64,000 bases of DNA from an uncultured Holophagales bacterium (lineage in GTDB: Bacteria; Acidobacteriota; Thermoanaerobaculia; Multivoradales; UBA5704): the NCBI GenBank assembly GCA_963842525.1, contig CAWJGT010000014.1, positions 160,001 through 224,000 of the forward strand, in the 5' to 3' direction. A program made the position numbers and the translations under genes. Shown piece after piece: positions 10,117 through 19,875 of this stretch. The notes beneath the pieces were generated by a model. It worked only from the letters and a program-made list of their open reading frames with translations, ran no database searches and was not told the DNA's origin. The first letter of the stretch is position 1; each line of letters begins with the position of its first letter.

Positions 10117-10708
10117 CTAGAACAAGTCGTGCGCGGGCCAGGCCGAGATGCCCTCGATGTCCTTGATCCCCGATTTGGTGGTCATTGCTGCATGTGAGCC
10201 CGCGCTGAGGATGTCGGGCTTGGTCGGCAGGCCATCCACGCGGACCATGAAGCGCAGGAGGTCGGTAGGGGTGGCGATCCACCCGCCGTGGGAATCGAAG
10301 CGCCGCACGTTTGGCTTGTAGGACCTCGCAGGATAGTAGACGACCTCGCCCGGCTTGCGTTCGGCGAGGCTGTTGCCGGCGATCTGCATGCGGGTGATGC
10401 CGGCCTGGCTCAAGATGTGGTCACGGACGTACGTCTCGTACGGTTGACCGGTCACCTGCTCGACGATCCGCCCCAGGACGAGGACCGCGGTGAAGGGCTT
10501 CGACACGGCCGTCCTTGGTCAGTGCGATCGAGAGCCCCGGGATGCGGTGCCTGCTCCGGAACGCTTCAATCTTGGTGCGGATCAGGCTCAGATCTTTTTG
10601 ATTCCAGCCCTCTGTGCTCGCGGCATGGGTGTTGCCGGCCGACGTTGCGATCCAGATCAGGCAAGCCAAAAGGAACAGGCGGAGGGAAACAGGCGACTGT
10701 CTTGTCAT
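10117..10708 (-). pseudogene. Beta-lactamase-family serine hydrolase remnant
   Basis: Signal peptide and IPGLSIALTKDGR, then out-of-frame SKPFTAV, then directly LGRIVEQVTGQPYE and DSHGGWIATPTDL. Two internal blocks and the C-terminus are missing. Confidence 0.8.
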
Positions 10709-10890
10709 GATGATGGGATCTTACCAGCAGGCGACGGCAAGCCGGCGAGATCCACGAAAGGACAGGATCAGACATGGAAGTCTCCTTGTCTCCAAAGTGG
10801 GCGCAAACGCGCCTTCCAGTCCCTCATCCCTGCCCACGAAATGGACGGTCCGGCTTCTCTCGCCGTATATCTGCCCGGGAGGTGGGAACG

Positions 10891-12318
10891 ATGCGTCGAA
10901 CCATTCTGGCCTGTTCCATCCTGGGTCTGGCCTTCGTGCCGCTCGCCGCACAGGCGGCCGTGCCGGCGAAGCCCAATATCGTCTTCATCACGTCGGACGA
11001 CCACCGGTGGGACGCTCTGGGAGCGGCGGGAAATCCCGCCATCCACACGCCGGTGCTCGACCGGCTGGCGGCGCGGGGGGTCTACTTCCGCCAGGCCACG
11101 ACGCACGTCTCCCAGTGCCTGCCGGTGCGGGCGACCCTGCTCACCGGCCTCACACCCCACCAGCACGGGGCCTACAGCAATCGGGGCCAGCGGCCGGAGG
11201 TGGCGCGGCCGGACGGCTTCCAAGGCCTGCCCACCGTGCCCGGGCTGCTGCGCGAGGCGGGGTACCGCACGCTGCTGGTGGGCAAATGGCACCTGGCCGC
11301 CGATCCGTGGCTCAGCGGCTTCTCCGAGGTCAAGACCTGGCTCCCCGCCGCCGGCGCTGACTACCGGAATCCCCTCCTGGCCCGCGGCAACAGCCGCAAG
11401 CTGGTCAAGACGAAAGGCCTCACCCAGCAGATCTTCGCCGACGACGCGGTGAGCTTCGTGCGCAGCCCCGCGGCGAAAGAGAAGCCGTTCTTCCTCTGGC
11501 TGGCCTTCACGGCTCCGCACATCCCCCTGGAGCCGAACTCGCCGGAGTCCAAGAAGCTCTATGCCGGCAAGGCCGCTGCCGACCTGCTGCCGCCGGGCTT
11601 CCCCAGGGGCATCCCCAGCGGCGACTGGCGCCACTACTACGAGGCGGTGAGCGAAATGGACCGGCAGGTCGGCCGCGTGGTGGCGGCGCTGGAAAAGGCC
11701 GGGCTCGCGGAGTCCACGGTGCTGGTCTTCCTGGGGGACAATGGCTTCATGATGGGCCAGCGAGGAGTCGGGGCCACCAAGGACGAACCCGGCAAGGTGG
11801 TGCCGTACGAGGGCTCGATCCGCGTCCCCCTGATCGTCCGGTCCCTTGGCAGGCAGGATCTCGCCGGCACGTCCGAGCTGCCGGCTTCGAGCCTGGACGT
11901 CCCCGCCACCCTGGTGGGGTTGGCCGGGGTCCGGCCGCCCGTCGCCTGGCCCGGCCGCGACCTCCTGGAGGCGCTGAGCCGTGATCCGAAGAACGGCCTG
12001 GAAGAGGCCTTCACCGAGTGGGCCGACGAGACGAGCGAGCGCTGGCCCGCCTACCGCCTGGTGCGCACGCCCCGGCACAAGCTCATCGTCTGGAAGGACC
12101 CCGCGAAGCCCGGCGAGCTTTACGACCTCACCGCCGATCCAGGCGAGGAGAAAAACCTTTTCGATCGCCCCGACGCCCAGGCGGTGCAGCGCGACCTCGA
12201 AGCTCGTCTGCGCGTCTGGATGGAGCGCACCCAGGACCCGGCCCGGCAGTGGCCGAAGCTCGCCGGCGCGAAGGCCGCGAGTGTAGAATTGCCCCATGAG
12301 CAATCCGATTGCCACTGA
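10891..12318 (+). CDS. Secreted sulfatase
   Basis: Signal peptide, KPNIVFITSDD, CxPxR motif CLPVRATLLTG, GKWH, DNG. Confidence 0.95.
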   Translation: MRRTILACSILGLAFVPLAAQAAVPAKPNIVFITSDDHRWDALGAAGNPAIHTPVLDRLAARGVYFRQATTHVSQCLPVRATLLTGLTPHQHGAYSNRGQRPEVARPDGFQGLPTVPGLLREAGYRTLLVGKWHLAADPWLSGFSEVKTWLPAAGADYRNPLLARGNSRKLVKTKGLTQQIFADDAVSFVRSPAAKEKPFFLWLAFTAPHIPLEPNSPESKKLYAGKAAADLLPPGFPRGIPSGDWRHYYEAVSEMDRQVGRVVAALEKAGLAESTVLVFLGDNGFMMGQRGVGATKDEPGKVVPYEGSIRVPLIVRSLGRQDLAGTSELPASSLDVPATLVGLAGVRPPVAWPGRDLLEALSRDPKNGLEEAFTEWADETSERWPAYRLVRTPRHKLIVWKDPAKPGELYDLTADPGEEKNLFDRPDAQAVQRDLEARLRVWMERTQDPARQWPKLAGAKAASVELPHEQSDCH

Positions 12319-13144
12319 AAGCTCCGCGATCGAAAAGTTTCGCGCCCTGCATACGTCCGGGTGCTTCGTCCTGCCGAATCCCTGGGACGTGGGAACGGCG
12401 CTGTTCCTCCAGCATCTCGGGTTCGAGGCGCTGGCCACGACGTCCGCGGGCTTCGCCTTCACACGGGGATTGCCCGATGAAGTCTCGGCAATCCCACGGG
12501 ACGACATGCTCGCCCACATCCGCGACCTCGTGACGGCGACGCCTCTGCCAGTGAATGCGGATTTTCAGAACGGTTATGCGGACGAGCCCCAGGGAGTCGC
12601 CGCGAACGTGGCGCTCTGCGTCGCCACGGGCGTCGCCGGCCTGTCGATCGAGGATGCGACAGGCGAGCCTGCCGCTCCGCTCTACGAGCCTGGCCTCGCA
12701 GTCGAACGCATCAAGGCGGCCCGCGCGGCGATCGATGCGACGGGGATCCCCGTGGTCCTCACGGCGCGTTGCGAAGCCTGGCTGGTTGGACACCCGAACC
12801 CTCTCCGCACGGCCGTCGAGCGGCTCGTCGCCTATGCCGAGGCAGGCGCCGATTGTTTATACGCCCCCCGCGTCCTCGAGCCTGAAGAGATTCAGGAGAT
12901 CGTGAAGGCGGTGTCGCCGAAGCCGGTCAACGTCCTGGTGTCCGCACCGAGCGAGGAGCTCTCCGTCGCCCGGCTCACCGACCTTGGCGTACGTCGAATC
13001 TCCGTCGGCTCCGCCTTGGCGCGTGCCGCCTGGGGGGCCTTCATTCGCGCCGCGCGCGGGATCGCCACGACCGGTACCTTCGACGATCTGGCGGGCGCGG
13101 CGTCGTTCGCCGAGCTGAATACCCTCTTCCAGAATCGCGACTGA
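12296..13144 (+). CDS. Isocitrate lyase/PEP mutase family protein
   Basis: LPNPWD, ATTSAG, PVNADFQNG, SIEDA, AYAEAGAD. Confidence 0.92.
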   Translation: MSNPIATESSAIEKFRALHTSGCFVLPNPWDVGTALFLQHLGFEALATTSAGFAFTRGLPDEVSAIPRDDMLAHIRDLVTATPLPVNADFQNGYADEPQGVAANVALCVATGVAGLSIEDATGEPAAPLYEPGLAVERIKAARAAIDATGIPVVLTARCEAWLVGHPNPLRTAVERLVAYAEAGADCLYAPRVLEPEEIQEIVKAVSPKPVNVLVSAPSEELSVARLTDLGVRRISVGSALARAAWGAFIRAARGIATTGTFDDLAGAASFAELNTLFQNRD

Positions 13145-13237
13145 GGCGGCCCCGTGGTACCATGGAGCGGCAAGAGTTGCGTCCCGGTGGGTGTTCGTGC
13201 TCTGATAGCGCGATCCGTCGGGGAAAGGCAGGCATCC

Positions 13238-13957
13238 ATGGCCGCGATTCCGCTCGAACAGGAGATCGACTACCCCACCTCCGACGGCCAGCCCATGGCC
13301 GAGACCACCCTCCACCGGAAGGTCATGTCCGACCTCATCGAAGGTCTGGAGACCCGCTACGCCGCGGTCCCGGACGTCTGGGTTGGGGGCAACCTCTTCC
13401 TCTACCACGAGAGGGGAAACCGCTCGGCTGTCGTCGCTCCGGACGTCCTGATGGTCAGGGGCGTCGCCAAGTGGGACCGCGACACCTACATGCTGTGGGA
13501 GGAGGGGGTGCCGCCCTGCCTGGTGATCGAGGTGACCTCCCGGAGCACCAAGGACGAGGACGAGGGGACGAAGAAGCGCAAGTATCAGGAGATCGCGGTG
13601 GAGGAGCTCGTGCTCTTCGATCCCTACGGCGAGTATCTCCGGCCGAACCGGCTCAAGGGCTACCGTCTTGAAAACGGGCGGTACCGGCCGATACGCCTCG
13701 AAAAGGACGGCTCGCTCGTCAGCCGCACCACTGGCCTGACGTTGCGGCCCGAGGGTTTGCGCTTGCGCCTGGTGGATACTGTCACAGGCGAGCGGTTGCC
13801 CTGGCACGAAGAGCTTGAAGAGGCCCGCATGCGGGCCGAGGAGCGCGCCCGAAACGCCCAGGAGCGCGCCGCAGAAGAGGCTGTGGCACGGCAGGCTGCG
13901 GAAGAGCGTCTTCGGGTCCTGGAACAGGAGCTGGACCGGCTCCGCCGCCAAGGCTGA
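13238..13957 (+). CDS. Uma2/DUF820 family endonuclease with coiled-coil tail
   Basis: YPTSDGQPMAET, VAPDV, VIEVTS.ST...D...KK..Y. Confidence 0.93.
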   Translation: MAAIPLEQEIDYPTSDGQPMAETTLHRKVMSDLIEGLETRYAAVPDVWVGGNLFLYHERGNRSAVVAPDVLMVRGVAKWDRDTYMLWEEGVPPCLVIEVTSRSTKDEDEGTKKRKYQEIAVEELVLFDPYGEYLRPNRLKGYRLENGRYRPIRLEKDGSLVSRTTGLTLRPEGLRLRLVDTVTGERLPWHEELEEARMRAEERARNAQERAAEEAVARQAAEERLRVLEQELDRLRRQG

Positions 13958-13969
13958 GCCGGTTTTCCC

Positions 13970-15958
13970 TCAAGCCGTCCCTTGCACCGGCACGCCGCGC
14001 TCCTGCGGCGACTCTTCCTGCGAAGCCCCGCAGAGATACGACCAGGAGAGCCCCAGGCCGAGCAGGAGGGCCGCCAGGCCTGTGAAGGCCGGCAGGAGGT
14101 GCACCAGGCTCCGGTAGCCGACCGTGTAGTGGATGCCGAGAGCGGCGGCATAGGCGGAGAGGCCGGCGATCAGCAGCGACCACCAGAGCCAGGCCGAGCC
14201 CTTTCGGAAGCCCCACAGCACGGGCAACAGGAAGACCCAGCCGCTCGCCAGGAGCATGCCGCCCAACGTCGCGCGGTCGTGGGCGACCAGCGGCACCAGG
14301 CGCGCATTGGCCTCCTCCAGCACCCGGGCGGTCGTGCCCATGAACTCCAGGTCCTGGATGACGAAGACCTCCGTGATGCCGATCGCCGAGATGAACACCC
14401 CGGCGCCGAGGAGGCCGCAGCCGTGGACGATCAGCAGGAGCTGCCCCCACAGGCTTCGCCGCCAGGCGCGGTCGCTACGCAGAGGGGGTGCGATGTCCGG
14501 CGTCCAGGTCCCCAGGCGGGAGTGGAGCCCAAGCAGGAGGAGCTGCAGGAGCACCGCGGTCACGAAGGCGTGGAACGTGTCCAGATAGCCGAACCCCAGG
14601 AAGAGGAAGAAGCTCAGAAACCCTGTAGCCGCCGACACGAACACCGACTGCTGCGCCCAATGATGGCCGCGGCGGACGCCAAAGAGCGACAGCCCGACGT
14701 ACATCACGCCGATGGCGATCATGGTGCCGGCCAGGCTCACGCGGTCGTGCGCCATGAAGTCGAGCAATCGATGATTGACTGCCGCCAGCTCGTGCCGGTG
14801 CATGCCGACGAAGGCTTCGTCGTACGGCAGCACGACCCGGGTCAGGGCGATGGCCAGGGCCAGAAGGCTGCCGAACAGCATCCCGGTGCCGAGCAGGGCG
14901 GTCCAGAACCAGGTCATCTCCGGCGCCCGCTCGGGAGGGGCCGGCACATCTGCGCCCCGCGTCGTTGCGAAGAGCAGGGCGTCGTTGATCCGCTTGGGCA
15001 GACCGGGGCCGGTATAGACCAGTCCGCTGTCCACCTGCACCAGGTCCGCTCCGGCGGCGCGCAAGGCCAGGGCTTCCGCCGGCTCGTGGACGCCGCCGGA
15101 CGCGATGAGAAACAGGCCCGGACCGAACCGCGCCCGCCAATGGCGAACCTGCTCCAGGGCGGGCTCGCGGGCCGGCCCGCCGATCATCCGACCGTCCGGC
15201 TCGGCCTTCACACTGCCATCGACGAGCAACCCTGCCAATCCCGCAGCCACGGCGGCCTCGACCAGCGGACCGACCCCGCTCCGGTCGAGGTCGGCCGGCA
15301 GGGCCAGCAGCACCGCCCGGGGCGGCGTGGCGGCCTGCGCGGCCTCGATCACGGTCCGCACATGAGCTTCCCATTCTTCGCCGGACCAGCCCGCAGCCAG
15401 GGCCGTCCCCAGGGTGTGCAGCGAAAAGAGAGAAACATGCGGTGCGAGCTCCTGGATCATCCGCCCTTGCCCCTGGGCGGATTGAGCCGCTGTGACCCCG
15501 TTCCCGGCGCCCAGCCGGGCGATCACAGGGAGCCCCAGACGGGACGCTTCGGCAAAACGCGGCGCCACCTCTGCAAGGCGCAGGCTTGCCGGCGGATCGG
15601 GGGACCAGAGGGCTTCCTGCTCCGCCCGCCGTGCGATGGGCCTGGCGGCGGACTGCCCCTCCATTGTGATCGGCCCGACCTCCAAGAAACCGAACCCGAA
15701 CCGCGCCAGCGCCGGCAGAGCGACCGCATTGGCGTCAAGCCCCGGCCCAAGACCCACCGTCGTGGGGAAGTCGATGCCAAGGAAGCTTTGCCGCAGCCGG
15801 GGATCGGCCCGCATGTGCCCCAGGAAGTCGATGACCGCCGGTCCGAACGGCAGCCGCGCGAGCCGGCCCAGGAAACCCAGGGTGAAGTTGCGCGCCGGGA
15901 CGGCCGGCACCCGGAAAAGCAGGGGTTGCGTCACGGTCCGATAAAACCAGTCCGGCAT
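13970..15958 (-). CDS. Dihydroorotate dehydrogenase-like FMN barrel fused to a multi-TM domain
   Basis: GFGFLEVGPIT, IASGGV, GADLVQVDSGLVYTGPGL, followed by about 8 TM helices. Confidence 0.85.
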   Translation of the reverse strand: MPDWFYRTVTQPLLFRVPAVPARNFTLGFLGRLARLPFGPAVIDFLGHMRADPRLRQSFLGIDFPTTVGLGPGLDANAVALPALARFGFGFLEVGPITMEGQSAARPIARRAEQEALWSPDPPASLRLAEVAPRFAEASRLGLPVIARLGAGNGVTAAQSAQGQGRMIQELAPHVSLFSLHTLGTALAAGWSGEEWEAHVRTVIEAAQAATPPRAVLLALPADLDRSGVGPLVEAAVAAGLAGLLVDGSVKAEPDGRMIGGPAREPALEQVRHWRARFGPGLFLIASGGVHEPAEALALRAAGADLVQVDSGLVYTGPGLPKRINDALLFATTRGADVPAPPERAPEMTWFWTALLGTGMLFGSLLALAIALTRVVLPYDEAFVGMHRHELAAVNHRLLDFMAHDRVSLAGTMIAIGVMYVGLSLFGVRRGHHWAQQSVFVSAATGFLSFFLFLGFGYLDTFHAFVTAVLLQLLLLGLHSRLGTWTPDIAPPLRSDRAWRRSLWGQLLLIVHGCGLLGAGVFISAIGITEVFVIQDLEFMGTTARVLEEANARLVPLVAHDRATLGGMLLASGWVFLLPVLWGFRKGSAWLWWSLLIAGLSAYAAALGIHYTVGYRSLVHLLPAFTGLAALLLGLGLSWSYLCGASQEESPQERGVPVQGTA

Positions 15959-16018
15959 GTCTCCTCCGTGGTCCGAATCTCCCGCAGCTCTATCCTGGAC
16001 TCATCCCTGGTGCCGCAT

Positions 16019-16438
16019 CTACTCCCATGGATTGATCAGCCTTACTCCGGAAGGCGCGAAATCGTCTTGATCTCGTGTCACGACCACAAGATCGTGGTGC
16101 AAGGCTGTGGCGGCAATCAGAGAGTCGATCAATGGCATCGGCGCTCCTTTCGCCTCCACCTTGCTGATCAAGGTGCCCCACGCCAGCATTTCCCCGATCT
16201 CTAGCGGCAACAGGCGGTCATGGAATCGGACGAGGAGATCCTCCTTCAGCCATGTCCGCAACGCTTCCTTCCGCTTGGAAGCGGGCAGCTTTTCAATTCC
16301 CTTCTGGATCTCGCCGAGTGTGACCACGCTGAGGAAGACCGTTTCAGGATCGAGCTTGGCGAGCCAGTTGACCACTTTTCCGGTGGGCTGCGGCGCGACA
16401 AACTCCGAGATGACGCAGGTGTCGAGCAGGTAATTCAT
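16019..16438 (-). CDS. vapC: PIN-domain toxin VapC
   Basis: YLLDTCVISE, SVVTLGEI, DSLIAATA...LVVVTRD.DDF. Confidence 0.93.
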   Translation of the reverse strand: MNYLLDTCVISEFVAPQPTGKVVNWLAKLDPETVFLSVVTLGEIQKGIEKLPASKRKEALRTWLKEDLLVRFHDRLLPLEIGEMLAWGTLISKVEAKGAPMPLIDSLIAATALHHDLVVVTRDQDDFAPSGVRLINPWE

Positions 16439-16689
16439 AAGGAAATATCGCGGCCGGCCAAACGACGGTCTCGTTTCAGATCGAGGTCCGAGCCCCGCAG
16501 CGGCGACTCCAGAAAGAATTGCGCGAGATTGGTCCGGCTCTTTTTCAGGGTGAGGTACTCTTCGTAGGAGAGGACGACCGCAACCTCGGCACCCCGCCGG
16601 GAAATGACTTGAGGGCCATGCTGGATCGCTTCCTCGACCACTTCGCTGAGCTTGTTCTTTGCTTCCTGGAGCTGCCACACTCGGGCCAT
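16435..16689 (-). CDS. Phd/YefM antitoxin
   Basis: WQLQEAKNKLSEVV...GPQVISRRG...AVVLS; overlaps the vapC start. Confidence 0.92.
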   Translation of the reverse strand: MARVWQLQEAKNKLSEVVEEAIQHGPQVISRRGAEVAVVLSYEEYLTLKKSRTNLAQFFLESPLRGSDLDLKRDRRLAGRDISL

Positions 16690-16786
16690 CGCATACCTCC
16701 TGTCCAGACGGTCTAGATTGTACCATGCCTAGGGAAACCGCCCCGCGGGCGAGATTCGAGCCAGACCGTCTACAATCCCCTGCGGT

Positions 16787-17641
16787 ATGTCGCCTCCGTC
16801 CAAACACCGCATCGCACTCCCTGATCCGCCCGTCCCCCCGTTCGAGACCCGCTGGCAGCGCTGGCGGCGCAAGCGCCGCACCTGGCTGCTCCGGCGGTTC
16901 GACCGCACCATCCTCTCGCTCTACCGGCTGATCCACTGGCTGGACCGCAAGGCACCGCTGGAGAAGCGCTATTTCCGGGTGGCGATCTTCGGGTCGAGCC
17001 GCATCCAGGAAAACGATGCCACCTATGCCAAGGTGCGCGAGCTGGCGCGCCAGCTCTCCTGGATGGGGTGCGACATCGTGACCGGCGGCGGTCCCGGCCT
17101 GATGCGCGCCGCCAACGAAGGGGCCCGCGATGGCGCCTACCGCCACAAGACCCGGTCCTTCGGCCTGACCATCCTCCTCCCCATGGAGGAGCAACCGAAC
17201 CCGTTCCTCGACGAGGTGGCCCAGCACTCGACGTTCTTCTCCCGCCTCCACCAGTTCCTCCGCCTGTCCCACGCCTACATCGTGGTGGACGGCGGCATCG
17301 GCACGACGCTCGAGGCGACCATGGTCTTTCAGCTCCTGCAGGTACGGATGCTGCGCGACCGGCCGCTGATCTTCGTGGGGCCGATGTGGCGCGGCCTGCG
17401 AACCTGGGTGGAATCCGAGATCGTCGGGCGGGGCCTGGCCTCCCCGGCCGACCTCGACGTCGCCGTCTGGGTCGATAACATCGAGCAGGCGCTGGAAGTG
17501 GTGCGCGAGGCCCGCGACGACTTCCTCCGGCGGCACAAGGTGATCCTCCCTCCGGTGCGCGAGACATCGGGCGAGGAGGAGGCCCCTCACCCCCAGCCCC
17601 TCTCCCCTCCGCCCTCGCAGACCGCCGGGAGAGGGGAGTGA
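16787..17641 (+). CDS. LOG/SLOG family protein
   Basis: VAIFGSSR, IVTGGGPGLMRAANEGA, GGIGTTLE. Confidence 0.9.
   Translation: MSPPSKHRIALPDPPVPPFETRWQRWRRKRRTWLLRRFDRTILSLYRLIHWLDRKAPLEKRYFRVAIFGSSRIQENDATYAKVRELARQLSWMGCDIVTGGGPGLMRAANEGARDGAYRHKTRSFGLTILLPMEEQPNPFLDEVAQHSTFFSRLHQFLRLSHAYIVVDGGIGTTLEATMVFQLLQVRMLRDRPLIFVGPMWRGLRTWVESEIVGRGLASPADLDVAVWVDNIEQALEVVREARDDFLRRHKVILPPVRETSGEEEAPHPQPLSPPPSQTAGRGE
17584..17640. repeat. CCCTCACCCC..CCTCTCCC..GGGAGAGGG palindromic repeat (single arm, inside the 3' end of the LOG gene)
   Basis: Same family as 52157-52363, 55178-55308 and 62961-63127. Confidence 0.7.
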
Positions 17642-17790
17642 CCGGCATGAAGCTTGCTGCGCGGGCGGCGGGGGGACGTGTATCCTCAAGAGCGGGCAAG
17701 CACCGTGCCAATATGGCCGGTCGATTGGCAGACGGAGCCGCATCATGACGCCTGCCCGGCACCGATCGTAGACGTTCACAGGGAGCGCGC

Positions 17791-18519
17791 ATGGGTCTGA
17801 TCTCGTTTCTGTTCTTCCAGTTGGGACCCGAGCCCCAGGGGCAGGGCCTGCTTCGTTTTTTCCTGGAGTCCGGGCCGATGGCGAAGTTCATCCTCGCCAT
17901 CCTGGCCCTGTTCTCGGTCGCCTCCTGGGCGATCATGATCGGCAAGCTCGTGCAGCTCCGCCGGGCCGACCAGCAGAACGAGAAGCTCCTCGAGGCCTTC
18001 CACCGCAGCCAGCGCTTCAGCGAGGTCAACTCGCAGGCCGGCAAGCTCCGCGCATCGCCTCTGGTGGGGATCTTCCAGGCCGGCTATGCGGAGATCGACA
18101 GCCAGATCAAGAACGCTCCCGAGCCGCCGGGCGGCGAGCGGAAGGTCTACAAGATCACCTCGCTGCCCGCCCTGCAGCGCACCTTGAACCGGGCCGCCGG
18201 CGTCGAGCTCCAGGGGATCACCCGCTGGATCCCGTTCCTCGCCACCACCGCGTCGGCGACGCCGTTCATCGGCCTATTCGGCACGGTCTGGGGAATCATG
18301 GTGGCCTTCGACACCATCGGCCTGACCGGCTCGACCTCGATCGTCGCGGTCGCTCCCGGCATTGCCGAGGCGCTGATCAACACGGCGGCAGGCCTGGGCG
18401 CGGCCATCCCCGCGCTCATCGGCTACAACTACTTCACACAGCGCATCCGCCGCATCCGCGCCCGCCTGGAGGACTTCATCCTCGAATTCTTGAACCTGGC
18501 GGAACGGAACTTCACCTAG
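17791..18519 (+). CDS. tolQ: TolQ (MotA/TolQ/ExbB family)
   Basis: TPFIGLFGTVWGIM, VAPGIAEALINTAAGL; first gene of the tol-pal operon. Confidence 0.95.
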   Translation: MGLISFLFFQLGPEPQGQGLLRFFLESGPMAKFILAILALFSVASWAIMIGKLVQLRRADQQNEKLLEAFHRSQRFSEVNSQAGKLRASPLVGIFQAGYAEIDSQIKNAPEPPGGERKVYKITSLPALQRTLNRAAGVELQGITRWIPFLATTASATPFIGLFGTVWGIMVAFDTIGLTGSTSIVAVAPGIAEALINTAAGLGAAIPALIGYNYFTQRIRRIRARLEDFILEFLNLAERNFT

Positions 18520-18531
18520 AGGGGGGCTGGA

Positions 18532-18990
18532 ATGGCGTTTCAGGTGGGTGATAGCAACGGCGGTACCGGCGGCATTGGCGGGGACGACGATCCGGTGATG
18601 GCCGACATCAACGTCACGCCGTTGGTCGACGTGATGCTGGTGCTGCTCATCATCTTCATGATCGCGGCCCCCATGCTCCACCAGGGGATCGAGGTGGCCC
18701 TGCCGCGCGCCGAGGCCGCCAACCTCCCCATGCGCGTCGAGGATCCGCTGGTGATCTCGATCAACCGCGACGGCGCCCTGTTCCTGCGCGAGACCCCCGT
18801 CGAGGTGGAAGACCTGGTCGACCAGGTGAAGGCCCAGGTCGAGGCACGGGAGGACGACTCGGTCTTCCTCAAGGGAGACCGGGAGGTCTCCTACGGCAAG
18901 GTGATCGAGGTGCTCGACGTCCTCCACCGCGGCGGCATCGTGCACGTCGGCATGGTCACGGACCGGCCGAAGAGGCGCGGCGGCGCATGA
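18532..18990 (+). CDS. tolR: TolR/ExbD
   Basis: DINVTPLVDVMLVLLIIFMI. Confidence 0.93.
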   Translation: MAFQVGDSNGGTGGIGGDDDPVMADINVTPLVDVMLVLLIIFMIAAPMLHQGIEVALPRAEAANLPMRVEDPLVISINRDGALFLRETPVEVEDLVDQVKAQVEAREDDSVFLKGDREVSYGKVIEVLDVLHRGGIVHVGMVTDRPKRRGGA

Positions 18991-19835
18991 GCCGCGAGGT
19001 CGATCGCATCCTGACCGCGCGCTCGCGGCGCGAAGGGCACCGGCCCGAGGCCGCGAGCTTTGGGGCGGCGCTGCTGCTCCACGCCCTGGTGGCGGCGACC
19101 GTCCTGCTCCTCCCCCGACTGCAGCCGCCGCCACCGCCGCTCGAGTTCGTGCCGGTGCAGATCATCCCGGCCCAGGCGCTGGGGGTGCGCCGCCCCGCCC
19201 CACCGCGCCGGCGCAAGCCTGAGCCGGTGGCCGAGGAACAGAAGGCCGCGGAACCAGAACCGCCTGCTCCCGAGCCCGAAAAGCCGGAGGTGAAGCCGCC
19301 CGAGCCCGCCCGCGAGGAGGCTCCGGTGCTGCCGGACGAGACCGAGAAGAAGCCGCCGAAGAAGCCAGAGCCGCCCCAGCCGGAGAATCCCCGGACAGGG
19401 AAGGCCGAGACCGGCACGAAGCCCGAGGCCGGCAAGCCGGGCTCCGAGGGCACTGCCGGGGTCGCCCCGGGCGAGACGGGCGACCAGCTCGGCCGGCGCG
19501 GCGCCGCGACCGGCAATCCCCTCGGCACCTCCGTCTTCGGCAACCGGATCGGGGTCGACAACCCGGACTTCACCTACGGCTACTACCTCGACCGCCTGTT
19601 GTCGCTGATCGACGCCAACTGGCAGCGGCCGTCCATGGGCAGCGGCGTGCGGACCGTCCTCTTCTTTCGCATCGAGCGGGACGGCACCGTGGCCGAGCTG
19701 CGGGTGGCCGAGTCCTCGGGCTACAATTCGTTTGATCTGGCGGCTCTGCGCGCGGTGCAGAACGCCGCTCCGTTTCCTCCCCTGCCGAGGGCGTACCGTA
19801 ACGACTCCCTCGGGGTCAACCTGATCGTGTACTAG
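18987..19835 (+). CDS. tolA: TolA/TonB family protein
   Basis: TM anchor with His, Pro/Glu/Lys-rich linker, TonB_C-type end (SSG...FD.AALRAV..AAPFPPLP); operon position. Confidence 0.85.
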   Translation: MSREVDRILTARSRREGHRPEAASFGAALLLHALVAATVLLLPRLQPPPPPLEFVPVQIIPAQALGVRRPAPPRRRKPEPVAEEQKAAEPEPPAPEPEKPEVKPPEPAREEAPVLPDETEKKPPKKPEPPQPENPRTGKAETGTKPEAGKPGSEGTAGVAPGETGDQLGRRGAATGNPLGTSVFGNRIGVDNPDFTYGYYLDRLLSLIDANWQRPSMGSGVRTVLFFRIERDGTVAELRVAESSGYNSFDLAALRAVQNAAPFPPLPRAYRNDSLGVNLIVY

Positions 19836-19875
19836 GCCCTGTAACAGATCGACCTGAAAGCTCGTCAGAGGTGAC

